From the NCBI GenBank assembly GCA_977020255.1, contig CDROCS010000506.1:744001-808000 (forward strand): a stretch of DNA of 64,000 nucleotides, read 5' to 3'. This document shows positions 18,691 through 28,490 of the stretch, in pieces (position 1 is the first letter of the stretch; the number at the start of each line of letters is the position of its first letter). Position numbers and translations under genes: made by a program. Origin of the DNA: Obrimoposthia wandeli. Lineage: Eukaryota. The notes beneath the pieces were generated by a model. The model had not been told where the DNA came from, did not search any database, and was given only the letters and a program-made list of their open reading frames with translations.

Positions 18691-20367
18691 TCAAGCCCCA
18701 ATGCTTATTTTACCAAGAGCAAGGTGAAATAATTCATGGGTACAACGTTTCTCTTCAGTCGTGGGACGATTATCATTTTCGTAAATCCAATCACAAGATT
18801 TAAGGATAGTTTCACGCTCATGAATACTCGTTTCAGTCCGTGATTCGGACGGTGTCGCCAGTGCCGTTAATTCAATAATTAAACGACAATTATTATAATT
18901 AAACGGGACGCGCTGAAAGGCTTTATAGGCATATTTGATAGCCAGGTTGGCTGCATTTTCATGCCTTTTTTCTTGTGCTTTATCAGTTAACTCTCTGCCT
19001 TCTTGCAACCGCTGTTGAATTTCACTTTTAGCACCTTCTAGCATCTTGATTTGGCTCAACATTAAGATATCATCATTGGTCTCTTTACATAGCATCTGCG
19101 CGCGTCCAACCGATTCCTCATATAATTCGGGGATACCACATAGCCCAAACAAACGTGCAATGTTTAATTCGGTATAAAAGTCTGCAACAACTTGTTTCCC
19201 GTCTTTTATTTTGTGTATAACAATCAACGCATTCTTAATATCACCATTAATATAGGCTAGGATGCCAAGCCCGACTAACAAATTAAACTCCGCAGCACTA
19301 TCAACGTCAGTATTAACACTATAACCATGGATCTTATGCTGTGCCTCACTGAGCAGCTCAGCGTGTTCTTGAATCGAATCTGTATATAAACTTGCCAGCA
19401 AAAGAGATACATAGGTATTCATTGCCACACCATAACTATAACGACTCGTACTCTCAACTTTGGTAATAAAGCGTTGAAACCCTGCAGCGGCCTTACTGTG
19501 TTGTTGAAGTGCGGTATACAAATTTGCGAGTATTAACTCACGATGTGGATTGGCAGGATTAATCTTATGCACCGTATTAAACTCTCGGATCGCATCCGGT
19601 AATTTATTTCTTACCATCATACAATTTGCAAGGCTTTGTCGGGCTACTGGTTGACGAGGATGTTTCGATAATATTTTGTTGAAAATATCTTCCGCTTTAT
19701 CTAAATCCCCTAATGATTGGTAAGTTTGCCCTAATCCTATTTCAGACCAAATGCTGTTAGTTTCTTTGCAGGATTGTCGGTAAAAAAATAATGCATCATC
19801 GTGGCGCTTTAATCGTAATAAACAATCACCATAAATACGGTTTATATACGTCACATACTCAGGATTACTATCACGGAACTGGTCACATAAACTTAAAACT
19901 TGCTGATAATCTTGACTCTCCATCCCTAATAATAAGGGAGCGATGATCGTTTTACGCGCTAACACAACGTCAATACGATGAATAAAATCTTTTGCACAGA
20001 AAGGTTTAAGTAAATAATCATCTGGTTCTAATTCAATAAAATGCGTAACCACAGCAAGGGTGCTATCCCCAGTCACACAAATAAAGACAGTATCGGATGC
20101 GATTAACTTACGCTGCTTGGCTTCATCAAAAATAAGCGCGCCATCAATATGATGATTCATATTATAATCGCAAATAATCACATCATAACGATGCTGAGAC
20201 AGTAAACGAATGGCTTTTAAACTGTCCGTTGTGCTATCAATAAGTTCATTTGCAACTCCTGCACCATTTAAAATCCATCGCATTAAAGAAATCGCGACGA
20301 CTGAGTCATCAATAACTAAAAATCGTTTTTTATTAATCACATTACACTCCAAATCCATCTGAAACAT
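18691..20367 (-). CDS. Response regulator with N-terminal receiver and TPR repeats (VieB-like architecture)
   Basis: VIDDS, IICDYNM phospho-Asp, YLLKPF; TPR-like helices (GLGQTYQSLGDLDKAEDIF); no DNA-binding output domain. Confidence 0.8.
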   Translation of the reverse strand: MFQMDLECNVINKKRFLVIDDSVVAISLMRWILNGAGVANELIDSTTDSLKAIRLLSQHRYDVIICDYNMNHHIDGALIFDEAKQRKLIASDTVFICVTGDSTLAVVTHFIELEPDDYLLKPFCAKDFIHRIDVVLARKTIIAPLLLGMESQDYQQVLSLCDQFRDSNPEYVTYINRIYGDCLLRLKRHDDALFFYRQSCKETNSIWSEIGLGQTYQSLGDLDKAEDIFNKILSKHPRQPVARQSLANCMMVRNKLPDAIREFNTVHKINPANPHRELILANLYTALQQHSKAAAGFQRFITKVESTSRYSYGVAMNTYVSLLLASLYTDSIQEHAELLSEAQHKIHGYSVNTDVDSAAEFNLLVGLGILAYINGDIKNALIVIHKIKDGKQVVADFYTELNIARLFGLCGIPELYEESVGRAQMLCKETNDDILMLSQIKMLEGAKSEIQQRLQEGRELTDKAQEKRHENAANLAIKYAYKAFQRVPFNYNNCRLIIELTALATPSESRTETSIHERETILKSCDWIYENDNRPTTEEKRCTHELFHLALGKISIGA

Positions 20368-20518
20368 ATCCCTTTATAAATATAGGACAAGCAAATGTAT
20401 CTGCCAGCATTAACCTTATATATAAAGCGGTTAAAGTGTTTTAAATATAAAAAAGCCAGCTTTCGCTGGCGTTATACTAATACCCTGATCTAACAGAACA
20501 GGACTAAATTAATTGATA

Positions 20519-21643
20519 TTATTTATAATTAATACTAGCAATCACTCGACGATTTTCTAAACGACCTTCTTTAGTACTATTACTGGCAATAGGTTGCTCT
20601 TCCCCATAACCTACAGCAGAAACACGTGAAGCCTCAATACCATATTCACTCACGATAGTATCGCGAACCGCATCAGCACGGCGTTGTGATATCTTCTTAT
20701 TGTAATCAGCATTACCACTACTGTCCGAGTGTCCTTCAATTTCAACATAAGCGTTAGGGAACTGCGTCATTAACTCAGCAACTGCTTTAATTTCATCTCC
20801 AGCACTTTCTGGCACTTCTACTGAATTATTGGCAAAATGAACATCCAATTTAATCGTTGCAGGTTGCTCGATTACAGCAACAACAACAATCGCACAGCCA
20901 TTAGCATCTAAGTTCTCGAGTGACGGGCTATCAGGGCATTCGTCAAGATAATCTGCAACACCATCGCCATCACGATCGAATGCACAACCAGCAGCATCAA
21001 CATAAACATCGCTTGGCGTACTAGGACATTGATCATTTTCATCCAATACGGCATCACCATCACCGTCAAGTAATACAACGGCAGCCACTGGCGCGGCCTT
21101 ACTCTTACCACCAAATGCATAACTGATGCCTGCTGTCACTAATGAGTCCCAGCGCTCGTCATCTAAACTATTAATAAATTTAGCTTGTAACCGTGCAGAC
21201 CATTGTTCATTAAAATGATAGCGACTACCAAGACCGAGATTAAGTTGGGTTTCTTTAGCATCGGCAGGTCCAACATCAAATGTGCCATGACCAACACCCG
21301 CATTTAAAAACGGCTGCCAATTACCCATTTCAGGTGTGTAATACAGTCCATCAAGAGTGTATTGCGAAACATCAGCATCAGCATTTCCAGATTTCGCATC
21401 GGGATTACTGTAAAGGTAGCTGATTTCTGTACCAAATTTAGGACTGATGACATATTCGCCACCAATAACTAGCGCTGCACTATCATCAGCACCCGACTCC
21501 GAGCCGAACATATGATAACCAACAGCTGGGTTTAAATAAGTTTTACCCGCGGTTTCAGCTAATGCTGGCTGTAAAGACGCAACCATACCGAACATAATTA
21601 AACTTAACTTTCCACTTCGCTTTATATTTAAATTGTTCATCAA
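20519..21643 (-). CDS. OmpA/OprF-family outer membrane protein with Ca-binding TSP3-like repeats
   Basis: Signal peptide, beta-barrel, DGDGDAVLDENDQCP and DRDGDGVADYLDECP, OmpA C-terminal domain (IEGHSDSSG...SQRRADAV...GYGE..NRRV). Confidence 0.93.
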   Translation of the reverse strand: MMNNLNIKRSGKLSLIMFGMVASLQPALAETAGKTYLNPAVGYHMFGSESGADDSAALVIGGEYVISPKFGTEISYLYSNPDAKSGNADADVSQYTLDGLYYTPEMGNWQPFLNAGVGHGTFDVGPADAKETQLNLGLGSRYHFNEQWSARLQAKFINSLDDERWDSLVTAGISYAFGGKSKAAPVAAVVLLDGDGDAVLDENDQCPSTPSDVYVDAAGCAFDRDGDGVADYLDECPDSPSLENLDANGCAIVVVAVIEQPATIKLDVHFANNSVEVPESAGDEIKAVAELMTQFPNAYVEIEGHSDSSGNADYNKKISQRRADAVRDTIVSEYGIEASRVSAVGYGEEQPIASNSTKEGRLENRRVIASINYK

Positions 21644-21974
21644 CTATCTCCTTGTTTTTTAACAAGGCTAGTTGATGAATGAGAAAAATGCTTAGTTTAA
21701 TAAATACATATTACAAATATGATTATGCCGACCGTATAATTCCATCGAATGAGATAAGTGTATGAACAATAAAATGAAATAACTAGTTAACATAAATAGG
21801 TCATTACCAGCGGTAAAATAAGCACTAAAAATACCTCAGGTTAAATTAGCGTATAAACTCTACTCCCAAATGCATATTTAAGTATTTATGTGACAACATC
21901 TGTTTAAACACATGTGTATTTACGTATAATGCCCCCACTATAAGTATGACTATAAACATTTTTAATGGGCTATT

Positions 21975-22190
21975 ATGATTCGGCAATATTGCAAGTTTTC
22001 AATCGCAAATCCAGCACTACATAAACTACACATTTTGATATTAGCACTCATCCCTTTGTACTCAACTTATGAGCTACTTGAAAACCAAGAATTGATGTTT
22101 GCATTCGGTTTTTTAGTCGTCATTCCATCAATGGTAGTACTAGCCAAATCAGCGGAATACGCAAGAAAATACTTTCCTTCAAGTCGCTAA
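21975..22190 (+). CDS. Small two-TM membrane protein, unknown function
   Basis: 71-aa ORF with two hydrophobic segments filling the intergenic gap. Confidence 0.6.
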   Translation: MIRQYCKFSIANPALHKLHILILALIPLYSTYELLENQELMFAFGFLVVIPSMVVLAKSAEYARKYFPSSR

Positions 22191-23467
22191 TTCTGTGCGG
22201 GGTTAACATTTAACTTCGCGCTGCAACCTACCTGCACATTATCCGTTAAAGCAAAAGACCAACCGTAACTCGTACATAACCGATTTACGATTAACAGTCC
22301 TAATCCATGGTCGCTGTCATTTCCATGTTGTAAGCCACTACCAGTATCTACAACACTAATCGCATCTGTGGAAATCGAAACCTGAATACAACCTTGAGTA
22401 GTAAAACGTGCTGCGTTATTGATTAAATTTTTCAGTATCATCGACAATACCGCTGGCGGTAAATTAATTTCACACGGCTGAGTAACATTTACGCTTAGTT
22501 GTACACCATGTTGTAATCCACCTTGGTATTGATGACCGCTAATATCTTGTTCGGTAACAGCGTAGAGCTTATCGATGCAATTTACATTTTCTTGTTTAAC
22601 AATATTCAAGAGTATTTCGACAGTGGCCTGCATATTGGTAGCCGCAGTGACAATACGCTCTCTTTGCTTGGCTTGAAATTCGCTATCATCCTTCATTCCC
22701 TGCAGATTAGCCGCGCCGAGTACTATCGCAATAGGGGTTTTTAATTCATGGCTGGCGTATTTAGCAAACATCATTTCTTGTTTCACTAACCGCTCTTTCA
22801 TCTGCTTGTAGCTATTAAGATGCGCACTCAATTGTTGCAATTCATCCACCGCGTGTTCTGACACCACAAATTCAGCGATATTATCTTCACGAAGTTGATC
22901 TCCTAAACCAGCAACAGGCGCCATTAAACCATCAAATACACGACGTAATGAAACTCGTAAAAAGCCAATGAGGAATACCATTAACCCCAACGATATCAGC
23001 ATCAATATATCCCAAGAATCGTCACCAAAGTTAACCGAACGAGTGCTAATAGAAAGGTACAAGGGGATTGTATTGCCCGCCTTGTTAATAAAAGGACGGT
23101 AGAACACCATAAAACCATTTTCAGAAAATCTGTCTAAAATTGTAACCACACCTTCCTCATAAGGCATTTCAGCTCGAATGGCATCCGTTAAGGTAGTCAC
23201 ACTGTAATAGGCTTGAACATAAGGGCCGAGCGCTGCTTTATCATCTTTAGCTAAGGTATAGTGGTCGATAGCAATACTTTCAAACGACTTAAGGTGTTTC
23301 TCTATCTGCCTGTCTTCATTAAAAATAAGATGTAGCGAAAAAGAGAAAAAAACCAGAAATGCAGAGACGAGTGCAATAACAGAAAAGACAAAAATCAGCC
23401 TAGATTTCACGTCGTCAATGGAATTACCGAGTGGTTTACGTCGTAAAAAAGCATAAATCCGTTTCAT
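22187..23467 (-). CDS. Sensor histidine kinase
   Basis: Two TMs, H-box FAKYASHELKTP, N-box NLINNAARFT, DTGSG and GLGL. Confidence 0.92.
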   Translation of the reverse strand: MKRIYAFLRRKPLGNSIDDVKSRLIFVFSVIALVSAFLVFFSFSLHLIFNEDRQIEKHLKSFESIAIDHYTLAKDDKAALGPYVQAYYSVTTLTDAIRAEMPYEEGVVTILDRFSENGFMVFYRPFINKAGNTIPLYLSISTRSVNFGDDSWDILMLISLGLMVFLIGFLRVSLRRVFDGLMAPVAGLGDQLREDNIAEFVVSEHAVDELQQLSAHLNSYKQMKERLVKQEMMFAKYASHELKTPIAIVLGAANLQGMKDDSEFQAKQRERIVTAATNMQATVEILLNIVKQENVNCIDKLYAVTEQDISGHQYQGGLQHGVQLSVNVTQPCEINLPPAVLSMILKNLINNAARFTTQGCIQVSISTDAISVVDTGSGLQHGNDSDHGLGLLIVNRLCTSYGWSFALTDNVQVGCSAKLNVNPAQN

Positions 23468-24163
23468 TTATTTTTCCAACCTAAAACCTAATTTAGGTAC
23501 AGTCACTAGCATGGGATGGGCAAACGGTTTATCGACTGCTGCACGTAATAAATAAATATGACCTCGTAATAAATCTTTATCAGGCACTTCATCGCCCCAC
23601 ACCGCATTGATTAATGTTTCTCGAGAGACAACATCCGGCGCTACTTTGATCAGTTGAACAAGTAATTGATACATCACTGGCGTAAGGGTAAGTACTACCC
23701 CTTCCCTTGTTACCTTATGTGCACTTTGATCTATAGTCAGTGAACCAAAATGAACAATGTTACTCGCAACTTCACCACGATAACGCTTTATTAATGCAGA
23801 TAGACGCATTTCTAATTCAATAAAATTAAATGGTTTGCTAACAAAATCATCGGCACCAGAACCAAAACCTTGGATTAAGTCTTCTGGGCCATTAAGCGCT
23901 GTTAACATTAAGATAGGTGTCGTACAGCCCTGTTCTCGCAATGTAGAAGCAACTTGATGACCGTCTTTTTTCGGTAACATGACATCTAAAATGATCACGT
24001 CAAACTCATGCTCTAATGCTAATTTTATACCCAATTCGCCATTGTCGGCAAAATCGGTATTTGCACCTTTGATTTCCAAGAAGTCAGCGAGTATTCCTTG
24101 TAATTCAGTATTGTCTTCCACGACTAGAATATTTTTATTATTCAATACATCAGTATTTTTCAT
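23468..24163 (-). CDS. OmpR-family response regulator
   Basis: LVVEDN, ILDVMLP, GADDFVSKPF, winged helix LRGHIYLLR...TVPKLGFRL. Confidence 0.94.
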   Translation of the reverse strand: MKNTDVLNNKNILVVEDNTELQGILADFLEIKGANTDFADNGELGIKLALEHEFDVIILDVMLPKKDGHQVASTLREQGCTTPILMLTALNGPEDLIQGFGSGADDFVSKPFNFIELEMRLSALIKRYRGEVASNIVHFGSLTIDQSAHKVTREGVVLTLTPVMYQLLVQLIKVAPDVVSRETLINAVWGDEVPDKDLLRGHIYLLRAAVDKPFAHPMLVTVPKLGFRLEK

Positions 24164-24369
24164 TTAACTCACTCTCTTAACCATTTCTGTCATAGCCATG
24201 ACGTCATAACAAGTCGTATTTATTAATCTAACTTATTAGATACTTATTTTATCAAACCGATGTCGAATTTATGTCAATTACCCCTTACCCTTTAGTATTA
24301 TCACCAAATTCAAAAGACAAAAAAGGCTACAAAATGTAGCCTTTATGCTTATAAAAACTAAAATAGAAC

Positions 24370-25839
24370 TTAGTTTGGTAATATCGTTTTACGTTTAGTA
24401 TGCACGAAGATCAAGGCGACTAGGCCCATAACACCAACTACAATACCTGCTGGCTGACTCATTTCTTGCGGTAAGCCAAGACCAATACCAGCTGTCATAA
24501 TGTAAGACACCGTAATACTAGTACCGATAACCGCAGGTAAACTCACGATCCAATGGAACGCACCGCGATCAAATAAGTACTTAGTCGCTAACCATAATAC
24601 GCTGGTAGAAAGCAGCATGTTTGAGAATGCAAAATAGCGCCAAATCAATGAGAAATCGATTTTAGTCATGAAATAAGCTATCACTAAAATTGGTATTGCC
24701 ACTAATAAACGGTTACGCATGCTTTGTGGAATCTTGAACGCATCGATAATGGTTAAACGCAGCGAACGAAAAGCAGTGTCACCAGATGTAATTGGGAAAA
24801 TAGCCACGGCAATAATTGCCATAATGCCACCAGCAGCGCCAAGATAAGTCGTCGCGACTTGGTTAACCACTAAACCAGGACCACCTGCATCAAGAATACT
24901 TTTTAGCTCAACATAACCACCAGGGAATGCCGCAATACCAGCTAACGCCCATACACAAGCCACAATACCTTCACACATCATCGCACCATAATAAACAGGG
25001 CGAACATATTTCTCATTCGTTAAACAACGCGCCATGATCGGTGCTTGTGTTGAATGAAAACCACTAATAGCACCACAAGTAATCGTCACAAACAATAACG
25101 GCCAAACCGGCAATCCATCTGGATTTGGTTCTAACAAATCGTTGTTGTAATGACTGTGATCAAAATAAGCAAATATATCACCCATTTCAGGTAACTGCGG
25201 TGCTGACAAGATTAACGCCACTGCCATAGACACTGTCATCACGATCATTAACAAACCAAAGATTGGGTACAATTTAGTAATAATTTTATCAATCGGCAAC
25301 ATAGTAGCTAAGAAGTAATAGCCTAAAATAACTAATACCCAAAACACATTATTAGCCAAAAAAGTGCCTTCAAAATATTCTAAATTACTGAGCAAACCTG
25401 CTGGGCTCATAATAAAGACCACACCAACAAAGAATAACAACATGGCAGTAAATACCAGCATCACCCCTTTGAAATAGACATTAAAATAATGCCCTGCGAT
25501 CTCGGGTAAACTTTTACCGTCTTCTTTAATACTCAGTACACCAGAGTAATAATCATGCACTGCACCACCAATAATATTGCCTAATACGATCCACACTAAC
25601 GCTATCGGACCATATAAAGCACCTAAGATAGGTCCAAAAATGGGACCAACGCCAGCAATATTAAGAAATTGAATCAGGAAGGCTTTGACTGGGTGAACAG
25701 GTACATAGTCCACGCCATCTGCAAAGCGGGATTGCGGTGTTTTTGCGAGTGGGTCGATACCCGCTTGACGTTCTACAAACGGACTGTAGAACTTGTAAGC
25801 GAGCAGCAGCAGTGCAATACAAATAAAGAAAATCAGCAT
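24370..25839 (-). CDS. cstA: Carbon starvation CstA-family peptide/pyruvate transporter
   Basis: DGVDYVP, QFLNIAGVGPIFGP, ITCGAISGFHSTQ, PITSGDTAFRS; start placed at the ATG at 25839. Confidence 0.9.
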   Translation of the reverse strand: MLIFFICIALLLLAYKFYSPFVERQAGIDPLAKTPQSRFADGVDYVPVHPVKAFLIQFLNIAGVGPIFGPILGALYGPIALVWIVLGNIIGGAVHDYYSGVLSIKEDGKSLPEIAGHYFNVYFKGVMLVFTAMLLFFVGVVFIMSPAGLLSNLEYFEGTFLANNVFWVLVILGYYFLATMLPIDKIITKLYPIFGLLMIVMTVSMAVALILSAPQLPEMGDIFAYFDHSHYNNDLLEPNPDGLPVWPLLFVTITCGAISGFHSTQAPIMARCLTNEKYVRPVYYGAMMCEGIVACVWALAGIAAFPGGYVELKSILDAGGPGLVVNQVATTYLGAAGGIMAIIAVAIFPITSGDTAFRSLRLTIIDAFKIPQSMRNRLLVAIPILVIAYFMTKIDFSLIWRYFAFSNMLLSTSVLWLATKYLFDRGAFHWIVSLPAVIGTSITVSYIMTAGIGLGLPQEMSQPAGIVVGVMGLVALIFVHTKRKTILPN

Positions 25840-25925
25840 TTTAAAGGTCATCCATGTTATGAAATTAATAGCGCTTGTTATTAACGTCATCAACTTACAC
25901 CTACCTATTAAGTAATCAACCCTTA

Positions 25926-26155
25926 ATGGGTACGGTCGTGCACTCTGTCGTGTTTTTACTGCTTTCCATCGCAAATACCGCGCCGCTTACCTTGAAATTC
26001 AGCAACACAGTGCCGACGATTACGCCGTACTGTGGAAAGCACCCTTCCGTGGATTAGATAAAAATCGCCTTAACGGACTGGCCAGAACAGCCATTACCAT
26101 CGCAGGATTAGCCACCATAAAATCAGTCTATTCGGCCATGGTCAACCCGTTATAA
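25926..26155 (+). pseudogene. Frameshifted remnant resembling the N-terminus of a HupE/UreJ-type membrane protein
   Basis: One frame gives a signal-like MGTVVHSVVFLLLSIANTA; an adjacent frame gives AYLEIQQHSADDYAVLWKAP before ending at about 26155. Confidence 0.4.
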
Positions 26156-26375
26156 TTTATAAGACACAGACTCTAAATAAGCAATGCCTACTATTTGTGA
26201 CAATGATTCAGCTTTATATCTATAGATACATTTATCTAGTAAATGTCCCATTTCTCTTCTTTCTCGATACCTTGATATTCATTACATTTACAGGCAAGAG
26301 AAAAGCTATTTAATTAATATCAATTTTCTAACTGATTTCATTAACTTAAATATCACATAAATAAAGAGAGCAATA

Positions 26376-26807
26376 ATGATTACAACTCTTGTCAATACTA
26401 GCCTAATTAAAATTAACCTACAGGCCACAACTAAAGATGAAGTTTTCGCCGAATTAGCAGAGATGCTATTGAAAGAAAAGCGAATTAATAATAAAGCAAA
26501 GTTCTTAGATGATGTTTATACCCGTGAATCGCAGTGCGTAACTTGTGATATGGGGATCGCTTATCCTCACGCAAAAAGTGCTGCTGTGATTGAGCCCGCA
26601 ATTGCAATCGGGGTTGTAAAAACGGCAATCCAATATGACGCTGATGATGAACAGCCAACGGTATTCTTTATGATTGCTTCACCAGAAAGCGGTGACCACC
26701 ACATTTATGCGTTACAAGCACTGTTCGAAAAATTTGGCGATGACTTAATCGAAAATATGCAGAAAGCAACGACTACACAACAAATCTTAGATCTACTTTC
26801 TAATTAA
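26376..26807 (+). CDS. PTS fructose-family EIIA
   Basis: IAYPHAKS phospho-His motif. Confidence 0.9.
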   Translation: MITTLVNTSLIKINLQATTKDEVFAELAEMLLKEKRINNKAKFLDDVYTRESQCVTCDMGIAYPHAKSAAVIEPAIAIGVVKTAIQYDADDEQPTVFFMIASPESGDHHIYALQALFEKFGDDLIENMQKATTTQQILDLLSN

Positions 26808-26837
26808 TTATTTTAATTCACTTAAGGGAATATTTTT

Positions 26838-28247
26838 ATGTCTACAATGACTGCGACGCAAAAACACAGCGAACGGCAACAAAGCGATTGGAAAAAAACA
26901 CTGGCTACATTAAAAGGTCACTTGCTCTTTGGTACCTCACACATGCTGCCATTCGTGGTCGCCGGTGGTGTATTATTAGCACTGGCTGTAATGGCGACAG
27001 GCCAAGGTGCGGTTCCTGACACTGGTATTCTAGCCGACATTTCTACTATCGCGATCAAAGGTCTGGTTCTTTTCCCTATCATTTTGGGTGGTTTCATTGG
27101 CTATTCAATCGCCGATAAACCAGCGTTAGCACCTGCTTTTATTGCCTCAGGTATCATGGCCGATGCAGGTGGTGGTTTCCTTGGTTGTATCTTAGCTGGG
27201 TTCATCGCTGGCGGTGTAGTTCTGCAGCTTAAGAAACTCCCTATTCCTGCTCATCTAAGCGCATTGGGTGTTTACTTCATCTACCCGCTAGTTGGTACTC
27301 TAGTTTCTGCCGGTATCGTAATGTGGGGACTCGGTGCTGCTATTTCTTCTTTCATGATCGGCATGAACGAATTCCTAGCATCAATGGCTGGTTCTTCTAA
27401 AGCGGTTCTTGGTGCCATCTTAGGTGGTATGACTGCATTCGATATGGGTGGTCCAATCAATAAAGTAGCGACATTATTTGCTCAAACACAAGTTGATACA
27501 CAACCGTGGTTGATGGGTGGTGTTGGTATCGCGATCTGTACGCCACCACTTGGTATGGCACTTGCTACCTTCATGTTTAAGAAAAAATTCTCTAAAGAAG
27601 AACAAGAAGCAGGTAAAGCGGCTGCAATCATGGGTTCAATTGGTATCTCTGAAGGTGCTATCCCTTTCGCTGCAAACGATCCAATGCGCGTACTACCGTC
27701 TATCGTTATCGGTGGTATGGTTGGTTGCGTATTCGGCTTCACAACCGACGTACTATTACACGCACCTTGGGGCGGTTTAATCACAGCACCAGTATCAAGC
27801 AACATTCCTATGTACGTTGTTGGTATCGCACTTGGTTCTTTAACAACCGCACTCATCGTTGGTTTCTGGAAACCGATTGTAGTTGAAGAGGAAGATGAAG
27901 TAGTGGCAAACGCACAGCAAACTCAAACAGCTGCTCCAGTCGCTGGTGAAGGCGAATACGATGTACTTGCAGTTACTTGTTGCCCTTCAGGTGTTGCCCA
28001 CACATTCATGGCAGCTAAAGCTCTGGAAAAAGCCGGTATAGCCGCTGGCATCAAGATTAAAGTTGAAACCCAAGGCTCTAATGGTTTGGTGAATAAGCTA
28101 ACAGCTAAAGATGTAGCTAACGCTAAATTCATCATTCTGGCTCATGATATTCCCGTAAAAGAGTCTGGTCGTTTCACAAATATTCATCAAGTTGAATGTT
28201 CAACAAAAGAAGCGATGAAAAATGCATTAACGCTTATTAAAGGTTAA
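26838..28247 (+). CDS. PTS fructose-family EIIC-EIIB fusion
   Basis: HLLFGTSHMLPFVVAGG, AFDMGGPINK, GISEGAIPF; C-terminal EIIB VTCCPSGVAHTFMAA. Confidence 0.93.
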   Translation: MSTMTATQKHSERQQSDWKKTLATLKGHLLFGTSHMLPFVVAGGVLLALAVMATGQGAVPDTGILADISTIAIKGLVLFPIILGGFIGYSIADKPALAPAFIASGIMADAGGGFLGCILAGFIAGGVVLQLKKLPIPAHLSALGVYFIYPLVGTLVSAGIVMWGLGAAISSFMIGMNEFLASMAGSSKAVLGAILGGMTAFDMGGPINKVATLFAQTQVDTQPWLMGGVGIAICTPPLGMALATFMFKKKFSKEEQEAGKAAAIMGSIGISEGAIPFAANDPMRVLPSIVIGGMVGCVFGFTTDVLLHAPWGGLITAPVSSNIPMYVVGIALGSLTTALIVGFWKPIVVEEEDEVVANAQQTQTAAPVAGEGEYDVLAVTCCPSGVAHTFMAAKALEKAGIAAGIKIKVETQGSNGLVNKLTAKDVANAKFIILAHDIPVKESGRFTNIHQVECSTKEAMKNALTLIKG

Positions 28248-28262
28248 TCGCTAATCTACTCA

Positions 28263-28284
28263 ATGGGGATCTTTCGGTCCCCAT
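28263..28284 (+). terminator. Hairpin after EIICB
   Basis: atggggatc-tttc-ggtccccat. Confidence 0.65.
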
Positions 28285-28333
28285 ACTCTACCCACCTAAT
28301 TTCAAATCGAACAGTTTAAATCATAGTCGGTTA

Positions 28334-28355
28334 TATTGAGATCTTTATCACATAT
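28334..28355. promoter_or_regulatory. CRP-like site
   Basis: TGAGA-tcttta-TCACA, one mismatch to TGTGA-N6-TCACA, upstream of the EIIC gene. Confidence 0.65.
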
Positions 28356-28490
28356 CCTCATGGGTCGGTACAATAATCCAGTGAATGCCGCATTTATCCC
28401 ATTTATTCGCCTTTTAATTAACGACATAATTAAGCTCAAGAAAGAGCATTATGCTACCAATCGCAATGATAGATAATTGGAGAAAGTCTA

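Noticed and set aside
18691-18706. 13-bp match (aagccccaatgct) to the glmS terminator arm
   Set aside because: It lies in the last codons of a gene, and a match of this length is plausible by chance in 64 kb.
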